From contig JBBPEB010000009.1 in assembly GCA_039096225.1 (NCBI GenBank), forward strand, positions 248,001 to 312,000: a DNA stretch of 64,000 bases. Reading direction: 5' to 3'. A program made the position numbers and the translations under genes. This DNA comes from Blastocystis sp. Blastoise (taxonomy: Eukaryota; Protista; Bigyra: Opalinata). This document shows, one piece after another, positions 30,088-44,961 of this stretch; the stretch's first letter is position 1; each line of letters opens with the position of its first letter. A model generated the notes under the pieces. It saw only the letters and a program-made list of their open reading frames with translations, had not been told where the DNA came from and searched no databases.

Positions 30088-31972
30088 TTAATGTTCAATT
30101 TCCATAGAAGGTAAAGAAGCAGGTGCTCCAACAAGAGTTTCTCTCTTTACTGTAATATATTCAGCTTGTTTTTCATACTTTTGAATCATTGATTTAGCAG
30201 CATCTCTCCAATGTTGCATCTTCGTATTCTTAACAAATGTATGTAAATTCTTAGTTATAGCAAATACCTATATATATAATAATATGTATAATAATATATA
30301 TAATATATATAATATATATAATATATATAATATATATAATATATATAATAATATATATAATATATATAATAAACATAATAATATATATAAAAATAAGCAT
30401 AATATACAAGTTCAGGATAAGCTACATTATTTTGATAGAAGGATACATAATCATTGAGCATGGCTAATGTTTTCGACATCAGTACATCTTGGATAGTTCT
30501 ACCTCGAATAGAGGTCTTGGAGATCTTAAGGGAATAATCAATAGCCGGGGGCTTACTCTTATCGTGAGAAGGCTTCTGAAGGAAAATATCATCCTATATA
30601 TATAGATATATATAGAATAATGAAGGAATATATAATAATATAAACAAGAAAATAGTGATAAAATAGTATAATTAATAATAATAAAAATAAATGAACACTA
30701 ATAATAAAGTCTAACAACAAAATACTATATAATGATAAAATACTTAAAACATAAATTATATATATATATATTACATGAATAAAACAGAGAAGATATATAC
30801 ATTAATAATATCTAAGAGATAGGGAGCGACAGGTATATGAATATTGAGTGATTTTGTCATATGTATAAGCATGTTACAGCAATGTAATCTTAAGGGATAA
30901 TAACGACTGGCAGGAATCAAACGAATAGTACTATCAATAACCTATAGATATATATATATAGAGATATATATAGAATATGATAGATGGACTTGATATATTA
31001 TATTGACTCACTTTATCAAATAAATAATATATAAATAATATATAAATAATATATAAATAAAATATAAATAATATATAAATAAAATATAAATAAAATATAA
31101 AAAATATATAAAAAATATATAAATAATATATAAAAAATATATAAATAGTATATAAATAATATATAAATAGTATATAAAAAATATATAAATAATATAGAAA
31201 TAATATATAAATAATATATAAATAATATATAAATAATAAATAGATACTTGAATAAGAGGGAAAACAAGCGGTTGCATAGCATCCTTAATAGAGGATTCAC
31301 ATACGATATGAGTCCATAAATCAAGGGAATTAATAAATTGCCAATTGTAAATAAGACGGATACTATATAACAATAATAAATAATATATATATATATATAA
31401 TGGAAAAAAAATTTTCTTTTTGATAAACATAATTTAGCAAAACAGTTAGGATATTTCAACATCCATAACAATAATAAAATATCATTTATATAATGAAATA
31501 ATAAATATTGATAATTATTAAAATACATATATATATATACTCTTCTTCAGATTTGGTTTGTAATGCGTTACGTACATGAATAGCAAGTTGTCTAATATAA
31601 ACAAAGGCATGTTGATAAGCTAAAGTAGCATCAAGTGAATAGATTTCAGCTACACAATTTCTTAATAAATGAATAGCATCAATGTTTTCTTCAATTACAT
31701 GGCGAGAATATTTAGCATAAGTTAAATAGATAGACTAGATACAATTAGATAATAACAATAGATCATTCTAAATTATGAAATAGATAGGAAACACTATATA
31801 CTTTCATGCATTTTTCTAAAACAGCAGGAGTTGATTCACAAATCTTTTTCATTTGAACAAGAGTATTGACACGAGTAGTTTGATCTTCAGCATCAGCCCA
31901 TTGTTGAATCAAGACTTTAATAGCCTTAGATGCATCCTTCTTATTGTTTATTTTAATAGCAGACTTTTCCAT
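30088..31972 (-). CDS. NOC2: Nucleolar complex protein 2 homolog, C-terminal portion only
   Basis: AYQHAFVYIRQLAIHVRNA, IYNWQFINSLDLW, PLVFPLIQV, RYYPLRLHC and VAYPEL are Noc2 motifs. Confidence 0.88.
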
Positions 31973-32064
31973 TTTTAATGCAAGATACGAAATACTAACA
32001 GAATAACTCCCTTATCAAATATTATGGAGACTAGAGAAAGTAGTCCAATACCTTGTGTTACTAT

Positions 32065-32096
32065 TTCCACGGGAATCAAGAATAATATACGGGAAT
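32065..32096. promoter_or_regulatory. Two copies of the CGGGAAT motif between divergent NOC2 and PIGH
   Basis: TTCCACGGGAAT and TACGGGAAT lie in a ~370-bp divergent intergenic region; function is inferred. Confidence 0.4.
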
Positions 32097-32340
32097 TTAA
32101 TTTTTTTTATGCTTGTTCTTTATTCAAGTGTGTATTCTTCTTCTATAGTCCTTTTAATTCTTTATTAAGTATGTATAACTATTTGTGAATTTAGTTAAAG
32201 CAAATAAAGACATTATCATCATTATAATATAAATGTGAATGTCAATTAATATTTCTTTTGCTTCTTTCAATTGTTTTTATACATTCATTTAACTAAACGT
32301 TATTTCTAATATGATAATATATAGATTTGATATCAAGAAA

Positions 32341-32659
32341 ATGCTTCGTTTAACCTATAGGTATTTTTTTTGTTGTTTTTATGTTTAATTTTGTTTATCT
32401 TATGTTTTGTTATGCATATTTATATGAATTATTATTTATATTTGATTAGGCCAACTTCTGAGCGTAAAGGTTATTGTTGGACGTTAGAAAATACCAGAAT
32501 TTTGAATTCTTTCTCTTATAAACATCCAAAAACTTATATAATGTTTATGATATTTATTCTGACTATTTGTTATTATTTATCTTTGAAACTAGCTATTTTA
32601 AGTCTTTTCATCATGGGTATTCGAATATATCTTCATTATATATCAGTTATTCGTCGTAT

Positions 32660-32714
<55 letters not shown>

Positions 32715-33284
32715 TTATATTATTATTTTATTATTATTTTATTATTATTTTATTATTATTTTATTATTTTATTATTATTTTATTATTATTTTATTATTTT
32801 ATTATTATTTTATTTAAACATTTATTATTCTAATACATTTATTATCATTAAATAATATTATCTCTTATAAAATAATAATATTATTATATAGAGAAAATAG
32901 TTATTTTACCAGGAGAAGGTATCTATTATGAAAGCGTTTATTATTATGGAAAGCAAACAAAAGAATTTATTCATTTATCTACAATTCAAGATATTATTAT
33001 CAATGAAGTTGTTTTTAGAAGTAATATTCTATATGCATTATGTATTACTTATGAATCCTATCCAGGACTATGTGTTCTTTTTAAGGTATATTATTATATA
33101 TTTCATATTATTGTCCTTTATATCATTCTATGAATCAATGGATTTATTCATGCTATTCTTTATTTAGGAAATGGCTCCTAAACTAAAGTTATTACTTCCT
33201 GTATATTATACAACTAGACAAACTTTTAAACATCAAGATATTCCTAAAGATTTCCATCTTGAAACTGAATATATTCAAGAATAA
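32341..33284 (+). CDS. PIGH: GPI-GlcNAc transferase subunit H
   Basis: TM segment followed by VIRQKIVILPGEGIYYESVYYYGKQTKEFIHLSTIQDIIINE...LYALCI...VLFKEMAPKLKLL. Confidence 0.8.
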
Positions 33285-33755
33285 CTTTTCTGTCGTTTTA
33301 TGTATTATCAATCCCTATAGTGTCTATATTCAATCTGCTTTCTTATGTATTTCATTCTTATTTTTTATTTAATGTTGTATGAAAGTCATAATTCTCAATC
33401 ATTTGCGTTATTCATATTCTTTTTATTTTGTTATTATTATTTGTATTCTGAACAATATGAATTGTTATCAACTATTTTATAGAAAACATAATATTCTATC
33501 AAACGGTTGAATGACGTCAATACTTGTTATCTATTATCTGTTTCTCTAATATATATTCTAAACATAAAATCACGTGTATCTTCATTTCTAGAATTAACTA
33601 AAATACTCTCTCAAAGAAGAAATTAGTTTTTAAAAATTATTTTTTAAAAATCACAAATCATGAGAATCATCAGTTTACGACTTGAAAAATTTTAAAAATA
33701 CTGAACATCAAAAAAAGGATTTTTTTTCTCTTGTAATAAGTGTGATATTATAGCA

Positions 33756-34516
<761 letters not shown>

Positions 34517-34536
34517 AAATATCACTATATTCTTCT

Positions 34537-34574
<38 letters not shown>

Positions 34575-35121
34575 TTGCTCTCGGTTTATTATTGATGCCA
34601 TCTTCTTTATTTATTGTTGTTATTATTTCCCAGTTCATTTTTTTTTATTTTATTTCTTAACTACTATTTCATATAGTTCAAAAGATTTTATTATTTTTAT
34701 GTAAATTTTATTTCTTTTCTAACATGTTGTGATTTCTTTTCTTCTCTCTCTTTATTCTTTTTGTATTTACTATTTTTCTCATATGTTTTAGGTCTTCGTT
34801 TGAATAACAATTAATACAAATGATATGTTTTTCAATTGTTTCATTACTCATTTTCTTGTTAAACATATCTTCTATTGCTAACCATCTTATTTATTATATT
34901 TGCATTAGTTATTCATCATTTATTGAAAAAATATTATTTGAATTGAGACCTATTTTGCATAAAGCAATTAAGTTATCCTAGTATTTCATATTTAATGCTT
35001 TTATGTAAGTATAATAAATGCTATCAATGAACTCAATACGTTTATACATGAATATTTTTACAAATAAGAAACAAACAAAAAAAAAATAATTAAAAAAGAT
35101 TCGGTTGTCGATAAAAACAAA

Positions 35122-36658
35122 ATGAATGCTGATGATATGAAATATCTATTAAAGTCAAAGGACACAAAAGTGTCTGGAAGAGTTAAATCTGCATTTGCAA
35201 AGTATATTCAACCTCATTATTTTATATCTCACATATTTTATAGATATACGTCTAATGGAAAACTCATGTGCAAGTTATGTAACGAAATAATACGTTCAGA
35301 TGCCTTATGGAATTCTCATCTTACCTCATCTACACATATATCTAATATGAAAAAACTACAGGAAAAGAAAACTCAACCTGAAGTTTCTTCAAAAAAAGAG
35401 GAATTACCCCAAAATGAGTATATTGTAATTCATCTTTTTTTTAGATCAACAATTCTATCCTAAATATAATTTTTATATTATTTTCATTTTCTTTAGATCT
35501 GAGATTGAAAAACCGGATGAACAAGAACGTATTTATTATTATTATGATTATTTTATTATTATTTTATTTTTATTTGATTGATTATAGTTAAGTTTTATAT
35601 ATATTCTGAAAATAATATATATATATATATATATATATAGAGCCAAAGAATATTCTTCCTGAAGGGTTTTACGATGATGAATCTAAGGATGCTAAAGCAA
35701 GAGGTTTAGACCCAAAAACACAAGCGAAAGAAAAGCAACAGTATATATTATACATAGAAAAAAATTCTTTATAACATATATTTTTTATGTACTTTTTTTA
35801 TTTGCTAAAATATATATGATATTTCAACATATTATTAAATGCTATGTTTATGTTTTATATTATTCAAAATACTGAAATAAAAATAACTAATACTATTCTT
35901 ATGTTGTTCATCTTTCTTATATTGAAATAATAGTTTACAATAGTCTTTTAGTATTTTATTCACATTTACATTTTTTTTACTATATTATTCATCTTCATCT
36001 TCATCTTGATATCTTTTCTAGAAAGGATTTTGAACAATTTATGGAAGAGACAAAGAATCTAGGAGTTAGTATATATTATTATACATATATCATTTCTTCT
36101 TTATTCTCATTTATATTCTATCACTTTTTTTTTTGTTCTAATAATTACCTGTTATATATCTTTTTGATTCTTTATGTATTGATATATTATTCAATCTAGC
36201 TGCAAAAGAAGAAGAAAAAACTATTATGGATACCTCTAAAAATCTTGATAATTTACTAGAACAACAAGAAGTGTATATATATATATGCTATTTATAGATT
36301 CAATATTATTTTTACAATTTATTCTATGTTTTATTTTTATACTATATATATATTATTTATAGTGCTTATAAAATGAAATTAGAATTATTAAAGCAACAAC
36401 GTCAAAGTGGAAAAAGAGTTTATGAAGAAAACAAAGAAATTGTAGATGAAGTTGATGGTATTTTAGAAGAAGGAAGTATATATATATTATATATAGTATA
36501 ATATTTATTGACTATTTTAATATAAAGTTGAGAATGATAGTTTAATTAATGATATCAATCTTAATGATATATTGAAGCAAAATAAAAGACGAAGAAAAGA
36601 AAGAAACGAATCAGTTGGCAAAAAAAGTTTATTTGATTTGATTAATTGGAAGAATTAA
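35122..36658 (+). CDS. ZNF830/CCDC16-like C2H2 splicing-associated protein
   Basis: AKYTSNGKLMCKLCNEIIRSDALWNSHLTSSTH, LPEGFYDD...DAKAR, coiled coil and terminal LINWK. Confidence 0.78.
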
Positions 36659-36800
36659 AAAGCTATTTATTATTATATATGTTGTATAATTTTTTAATAA
36701 AATAGTTTGTTGGTTTTAGAGAATAAAACAATCAAAGAACGAAAATAATGACAATTAATACAACAAAAACATTTATAATTTTAATTTAACTATAACTCAT

Positions 36801-37046
36801 TTATCGAGCTTCATATTCAGTACAATCTGCAGTTCTTTTTTTGTAAATGATACGACAACCACAATTTTTGCATCGAATAGGTTCAGAAGGCTTCAACGTG
36901 ATATCACGACCGCAATCTAAGCAATAATAAAGTTGAAATGATTAATTAAATACCTCCACAACGATAAAGAATTTCACGAACGTTTTGACCAGATTCTACC
37001 AATATAATCAGACATATATAAGCTATATACCTCCAACACCCGACAT
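36801..37046 (-). CDS. RPB12: RNA polymerase common subunit RPABC4/Rpb12
   Basis: YRCGDCG...PIRCKNCGCRIIYKKRT...YEAR*; 3 exons. Confidence 0.93.
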
Positions 37047-37329
37047 GATATAGAAATAAAAAGAAAAAAAGAAAAACTGGTTAATTTATGATAAAAAAAC
37101 AAAAACCCTACATTTTTTGTTTTTTCCCATGATTCTGGTATTTGAGTGCCTTTCCATTTCACGTCAGAATCTAGAAAACGAGTTTGGTTTTCCATTTGAT
37201 TTTTTTCACATAATAATATTAACGAGACAAAAGAACTCTGTGGTTCTGCTGTGAATTTTTTTTTGTTGTTGGTTATTTGCTTTTTAATAAATTAAGCATA
37301 TATTTTTAAGCTGTAATTAAATATAGAAC

Positions 37330-37718
37330 ATGGTATGTTTATATTCCTTTATTATGATTCTTCTATGCTATCGATACACATCTCACTTTTCGCTTACTTT
37401 TATATTGTCTGGTGCTGCTGCTGCTGCTACAAAGAAGGTATTTATTTTGTTTTTCTATTTTATTATCTTATACACATGAAGAAGTGGAGTAAGGGTAAGT
37501 CTGGTGATGCCGTCAACAATAAGGTCATTTATGATAATGAATTATTCGATAAACTTAAGACCGATGTTCCTAAGATGAAACTCATTACCGTTTACACCGT
37601 TATTGATCGTCTGAAGGTTAACGGTTCTGCTGCCCGTCATGGTATTGCAGAATTAGTCAGACTTGGTCTCATCAAGAGAATCAACAAATCTGGTGAAGCC
37701 GTCTACACCCGTGCTTAA
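37330..37718 (+). CDS. RPS25: 40S ribosomal protein S25 (eS25)
   Basis: KKKWSKGK...NNKVIYD...DVPKMKLITVYTVIDRLKVNGSAAR...VYTRA; first coding exon probably ATG only. Confidence 0.95.
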
Positions 37719-37827
37719 AACCTGTGTTTTATTAACAGCTTAATTTTCAAGAATGTGTTTTGTACTATTTAATACAGCTTAACAAAACAATACGGATCAT
37801 TTTTATTATCATATATATTGTATATAT

Positions 37828-40304
37828 TTAAAATTCCATATCATCATCAGCACTTTTTTTCGCTTTTTTGACAGTTTTCTATATAATAGAAGACATAGAC
37901 AATAATAGTTTTTTTTTAAATACCTTGACAGTTGAACGTTTTCTTGTTGACCTTTTCCTATAATGATATGAATAGAATAAAGAGATAACAAATATAATAT
38001 ACGGTGGCAAGACTTCTGTAACCTCTAGATCTATAGAAAGAATATTAAAGATTATATATATATATATATATTTACCATCATCAGAGTCAGAAATATCAGT
38101 AACAATACTATAGAAATAGAGTAAAATATATGTAAGCATAGACATATACGTTTTTGTGGAGAGAACAGATTGATTTGATGTACTTTGTTGTGAGTTACCA
38201 AGTGAATCTGATGTAATATCCGTAGGTTCTGCTATCCTTTGTTTGGTCATAGTTGTCAGTATATCCGTAGAACAAGAAAGATCCGTTTCATCACAGAGTT
38301 GGGCAGCAATATCCACGGGCTCCTGAAGAACAGATTTGAAGATCTCATTACTCTTATTTATATACTCGGACACTTTATATATATAGATAATAGTGTATAC
38401 ATAGATAAAATACTTATAATAGTGTATAGATAATGAATGTATATAATAGTGTATATAAATAAATATACTAGCTTTATCAAGTTTTGATGAGGATAAGATA
38501 GAGAGACCTCCATAGGTTTGTATATACTTATTAACCAATGAAGACATAGTATTATACTATATATATATTATATTATAGATATATATGATATTATATCATA
38601 TTATATTATATTATATATATATTATATTATAGATATATATGATATTATATCATACTATATTATACTATATATATATTATATTATATATATATGATATTAT
38701 ATCATACTATATTATACTATATATATTATATTATATATATATATCATATTATATCATATTATATTATACTATATATATACAGTTGCTTCATCTTCAATAA
38801 AAGGTTTGGAAATAGTTTCTTCAGAAGATGTATTTGTCCCGCGGGAATTATGTGATTCTCTTTCTTTATGTCTACATATAGAAACTAATGTCGATGGATT
38901 CGCTACCTAATATATATATAATATATAATATATATATATAAATATCTTTAATAATTTTATTACTAATATATATTTTGGGATATACTTAAAAAATATACTA
39001 AAAACAAAGAATAATAAGAACAAGTACTAAAATACATACATATATATATATTATAATTCTTTTTAAAGAATATATAATAAATACTATATATATACCTTTC
39101 CAGTATATTTAGCTCCATATATTTGCACACTTATAGGTATATAGGGATCGAAATTGACCATAAGTCGAATTAGAGGTAACTGTCTATTTATATGTCGACG
39201 TTGTATTTCTTCTTCAGAAAACACAGTTTTATTCTCCTTTTCTTCTTCTTCTAATGGATCTATATATCCTTCTTCTTCTCTTTCTTTCTTAATAGATGCA
39301 ACTGCTGCTTTAGATTCTTCGAGAAGCCCTTCAAGCACCGAATCTAAGACTGTTTCAATTGAATCCTTAATGGCAGGAACAGAGGGATCGACGTGAAGAT
39401 ATTCAGAAAGATTTATATATTTATAAAGAAGAGGACGTATCTAGATTAATATATATATAGAGTCATTTATATAGAATTATACATAATGATAAATATTCAT
39501 ACTCATGTATATAATAGAATAATAGAAATAAACTAAAAGTATTATAATAAATAGTTCTTCTTGAACAATAAACATATTAAAAATAAAGTATAGAGTATAG
39601 TATATATACAGAAGTCAACTTTATGGGATTCATCTTAAATTTTAATCCTCTTATTTCTAGAATGCCTACATATTTATCAGTAGCCTCTCCCTCAATAAGG
39701 GACGTAATGCAGGATGAACCCGGCTGAATGAAGCTGAAATTCTAATAGAAAAGTAGAGAAAAAGGTAATATATATATATATAATAATAATGATTGAAATA
39801 GAAATAGAAAAAAATATTTTATTTATAATATTAGTAGTATGTGTAATATAGTAAAAAGGAATAAAATGATTTTATATATAGAATTGTGTATATATATAGA
39901 GAGAAAAAGAGTTATATAAGAGAGAAAGACAGTTATATATATATATTTATAGTTATATATATATATGTTCTATATATATATATAGTTATATATGTTCTAT
40001 ATATATATATACTCCTGTTTTACTGTATGACGGTTCAATATACTGTTCGTGTTCGTGTCCCCAGATGACGAGATCCATGAAGGAGGGGATATAACTATGT
40101 TTAACACACTTATTAGCATGGCCCTTGTCACTATAGAGAAATACAGGGATAAATATGATTATATAAAATATGTATATATAATGTATTTATGTATGGAATA
40201 TATATATATATATATATAAACCTGTTTTGATGTAGAACGAATATATTAAACCAACTGTCCGGGTTCTGATCAGGTCGAAGAAATGTCACCTTCTGCTGCT
40301 CAAA

Positions 40305-40383
<79 letters not shown>

Positions 40384-41450
40384 CCTAGAGAGTCGTTCAT
40401 CAGGTATATATCCCAATCCATATATACAGAGACGACTCTGACCTTTCTCTAAGAGCAATGGACTTATACTAATGTCCTCTACACTATATATATATATAGA
40501 TTAATAAACATATATTATGAAGAGATCAATTAATATATCTGATAACTTTATAATAAATAATTATATCTGTAATTCATACAAAATCGAGAAAATAATTTAA
40601 TAATTAAATAATCAAATAATCAAATAATTAATAATCAAATAAATAAATGAATTAAATAATAAAATAATAGAACTAAAATAATCACAATAATAAAATAATA
40701 CTTCTTGGCCCTAGCGAAATAATTGATAAGTTTGCACGAGGATAATATATCTAATGCTGATAGTGCATCTCCATGAGATCCCTAGAGTCATATATATATA
40801 TCCATTAGAATCACGGGAATACAAAAAATAGAAAAATTTTAAGAAACATAGGATGTTATTTATATATATACATCACGAGTTGGATCATCATGATTTCCAT
40901 GTATAGCGAAAATAGGTAATTGAATATTTACATTAGAGTCTTCATAATTGACAGGACTATATGAAATCAAGATATAATAATAATAATACAATATCTAGAT
41001 AACATACTCATTTCGAAATGAATCAAATGGTGTCTTTATATATTGAAATTGTATTGGTTTGTCACCCAGACAGTATTTATTTAATAACTGAATTGTTTTA
41101 TTCATAGTAAATCTTGACGGTTTATTTGCATCGAATAAATCTCCTCCTAATAGCATGAAATCAACCTAAAAAGAAATTCTTATTCATGTCATCTTTTGTA
41201 ATCACTGATACGCTATTTATCATACCTTATTATCAACAGCCGCTTTCAACACTTGTTCAAATGCAATAAATGAATCATCACCGATAACTGGATCATTCTC
41301 TCTATATCATATTTAATCATAATCACTATTATATTATTACTTATATCCCAAATGATTATCTGTTGATATCATTATTCTAAAAGTATCTGCACTTCTATCC
41401 CTATATAAACATATATTAGTTTCATATATATATAAAACATATATATACAT
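37828..41450 (-). CDS. MRE11: Double-strand break repair nuclease Mre11
   Basis: [36 protein letters not shown] and LPLIRL motifs; many exons. Confidence 0.95.
38548..38780. repeat. Intronic AT-rich minisatellite in MRE11
   Basis: Repeated TATTATACTATATATATTA...GATATTATATCA units. Confidence 0.75.
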
Positions 41451-42331
41451 GAAAATATATATATTTAGAAAGATATCAAATTGAAAATAAAAATTCACTG
41501 AAAAACTTGTTTATAAAAAATAATCTTTTGGCGGTTTATCCATTTGTTCCAATGATAATGTATAAAAATAATTTTGAAATATATGTTGCATACATTAGCT
41601 TATGAATATTCTTTTGCAATTATAATAATGGTTTTAAATATAACATGAAACGCAATATGGAAAAGAAATGTTATTTTTTGTTGAATTTATTATGTAAATC
41701 ACACTCAATAGAATAGAGTATATATACAAAATGGTAGTGTATATCATTTATAAAAAAGACAATGTATCATATGTTTCATTTATTCGCTAATCCTTTTATA
41801 TCAGATCCTCTATTCTTACTACAACACTATGGACTTATAATAAGTATTAATAAAATCATTAAAACTAAAAATAGTTTTACATAACAATATTCTCTTCGTT
41901 ATTATGCCTTAGTATATCATAGATATGTACGTAGTAAATATAGTGAATAAAAATAATATAAAAGTTCTTGATTTATATTAGTAATTGGCTACATTACTAA
42001 AAGTAAATTTCTCTTCTAACCATATATATTCATTTTTAGGAAACTATATCATCAGACTGAATAAGCGAATTCATCAATAATTTGATTTATGCAATTTCTA
42101 CAGAATAAAGTGAGAAACTTCTTGTGACACTGGTTTCAAAAAGGAAAAAAATAAAAATTCGTGGGAACTATGACACACCCTATATTGTTTTCATAGATAT
42201 TCTCATAAATTCCCGTGAGTTTTCTTTTCAATCATTTATCGAAGGTTGTTTTGTCAACAGAATAAATGAATTTCATTTGTTATAAATTTCTTTATACTTT
42301 ATAACAGAATTTTACAAAACCATTTTCCAAA

Positions 42332-43661
42332 ATGGATATGGCAACATTAGAAAAACAAGTTAGCGAACAAGGAGCTGTTGTTCGTAAATTAAAGACCGAA
42401 AAAGCTACTCAAGAAGAAATTAATGAAGCTATTAACAAACTTCTCGCTTTAAAGGGTGATCTCAAAGAAGCTGAACAAACTGCTGTCGCTAATCTTATCG
42501 AAGAAATCGAAAAGATGAAGGTTGAAAATACTGATGCTGAAATTGTTTCTAAGAAGGAAGCTGAATTAAAGGAACTTCAACTTAAAGTCAATCCTCCTCC
42601 TAAAGAAGAAAAGAAAGTTAAGGCTAAGAAGGTATATTTCATTCTTCATATTTTTTTTTAATAACGTTTTTTATGAACATATAATTATTGATAATTATAT
42701 ATAGGAAGAAGGTCCTTCTAAGAAGGAATTAAGAAAATTAAAGAGAGCTGAGACTGTTAATGATCAAAAGAGTGAAGTTACTATTGTTCCTGCTGGCGAA
42801 CAATTTGGTGATCTTCCTCTCATTCAATCTGCTACTAAGACCGATCGTGTCTGGACTACGTATATATATATATATATTATTATTATTATGACCATTTTTT
42901 ATAATTAAAATGTATTATTTAAAAAAATTCTTTATATTTAATTATTCTTATCTTATTTATATTATTTTGTTCTATATATATATATATAGTTTAAGTGCTG
43001 TTGAATCTCAAGTAGGCCAAGATGTCTGGATTCGTGGTCGTATCTTTAATAGTAACCATAAGGGTAAATGCTGCTTCATTTTACTTCGTGAATCCTTCTA
43101 TACCATTCAAGTATGTATATATTCTTTTATTATTTTATTATTTTATTATTATTTGTTAATTTTGCTATATATATTATTCTATATATTCTATATATAACAA
43201 TATATATTATATTATTCTATATATTCTATATATAACAATATATATTATATTATTCTATATATAACAATATATATTATATATATTCTATATATAACAATAT
43301 ATATATTATATTCTATATATAGTGTGCTCTCTTCCAATCTAAGGATATTCCTAAGGAGATGGTCAGTTATGCTGGTAAGATTCCTAAGGAGAGTATTATA
43401 GATATTTATGGTACTGTTTCTCCTGTTCCTAACCCTATTGATTCTGCTTCTATTAAGAACTTTGAAATTAGTGTTAAGAAGATCTTCGTAGTAACTCGTT
43501 TAATGGTTGAGCTTCCGTTTACTATTGATGCTGCTTGTCGTTCCGATGATGATAATAAGAAGAATGATGAACTTGCTGAAGAAAACAGAAAGTTTGTTAC
43601 TGTCTTACCCGATACCAAGTTAGATTATAGATGGCTAGATCTTAGAACACCTGCTTCTCAA

Positions 43662-43746
<85 letters not shown>

Positions 43747-44961
43747 CTATAGGGTATTGCTCGTATTATGTCTGGTATTGGTCAATTATTCCGTGAGTAT
43801 TTATACTCTAAGGGATTCATGGAGATACATACTCCTAAGATCTGCCCTGGCTCTTCTGAAGGTGGCTCTGAAGTATTCAAATTAGATTATTTCGGTACTC
43901 CTTGTTGTTTAGCTCAATCCCCCCAATTATATAAACAAATGACTACTGCCTGTTCTGATTTCGAAAGAGTCTTTGAAGTATATATAATATATAATATAAT
44001 ATATAATATAATATATATATAATATAATATAATAGTATATAATAGTATATAATATAATAGTATATAATATAATAGTATATAATATAATAGCATATATATA
44101 TATAAGTTGGTCCAGTATTCCGTGCTGAGAACTCTAATACTCATCGTCATTTGTGCGAATTCACCGGTCTCGATATGGAGATGACCATTAAGGAACACTA
44201 TTCCGAAGCCCTCGATGTCATTGGTAACATGTTCCACTATATATTCGATGGACTTAACAGCAGATATGCTAAAGAAATGGAAGCTATTAAGACTCAATAT
44301 CCTTTCGAGCCCTTAGTATATCCTGAATCCCCCGTGATTATTCGTTATACTGATGGTATGAAGATGCTCCAAGAAAGTGGTGTCGCCGTTGACCCTATGG
44401 GAGATCTCTCAAGTACTAATGAAAAGTTACTTGGTAAATTAGTTCGTGATAAATATAATACTGATTTCTATATACTTGATAAGTTCCCTCTTCATATCCG
44501 TCCCTTCTATACTATGCCAGATCCCGTCGATAAGCGTTTTAGTAATTCTTTCGATATCTTTATTCGTGGTGAAGAGATTGTGTCGGGTGCTCAGCGTATT
44601 CATGACCCTGAACTCCTCAAGGAACGTGCTAAGGCCTGGGGTATCTCCATTGATAGTCTTAAGGTATACTATATATAATATATATATATATATATATGGG
44701 AGAAATATGAATCTATTATTATATCATTCATTCTTCTCTTTATTATTATATTTATAACTATATATAATATAATAACTATATGTATACAATATACAATATA
44801 TACCCTATATATAGGCTTATTTACAAGCCTTCCAACATGGTGCTCAACCTCACGCTGGTTGTGGCGTTGGTCTTGAACGTGTTGCTATGTTATTCTTGAA
44901 TCTCGGTAATGTTCGTCGTGTCTCTCTCTTCCCTAGAGATCCTAAGAGATGCTCTCCTTAA
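42332..44961 (+). CDS. DARS1: Cytosolic aspartyl-tRNA synthetase with N-terminal WHEP-like domain
   Basis: [62 protein letters not shown]; N-terminal QGAVVRKLK...AINKLLALK. Confidence 0.96.

Noticed and set aside
36974-37195. 73-aa ORF over RPB12
   Set aside because: Reads through promoter and intron; the real RPB12 is spliced from the ATG at 37046 with canonical sites.
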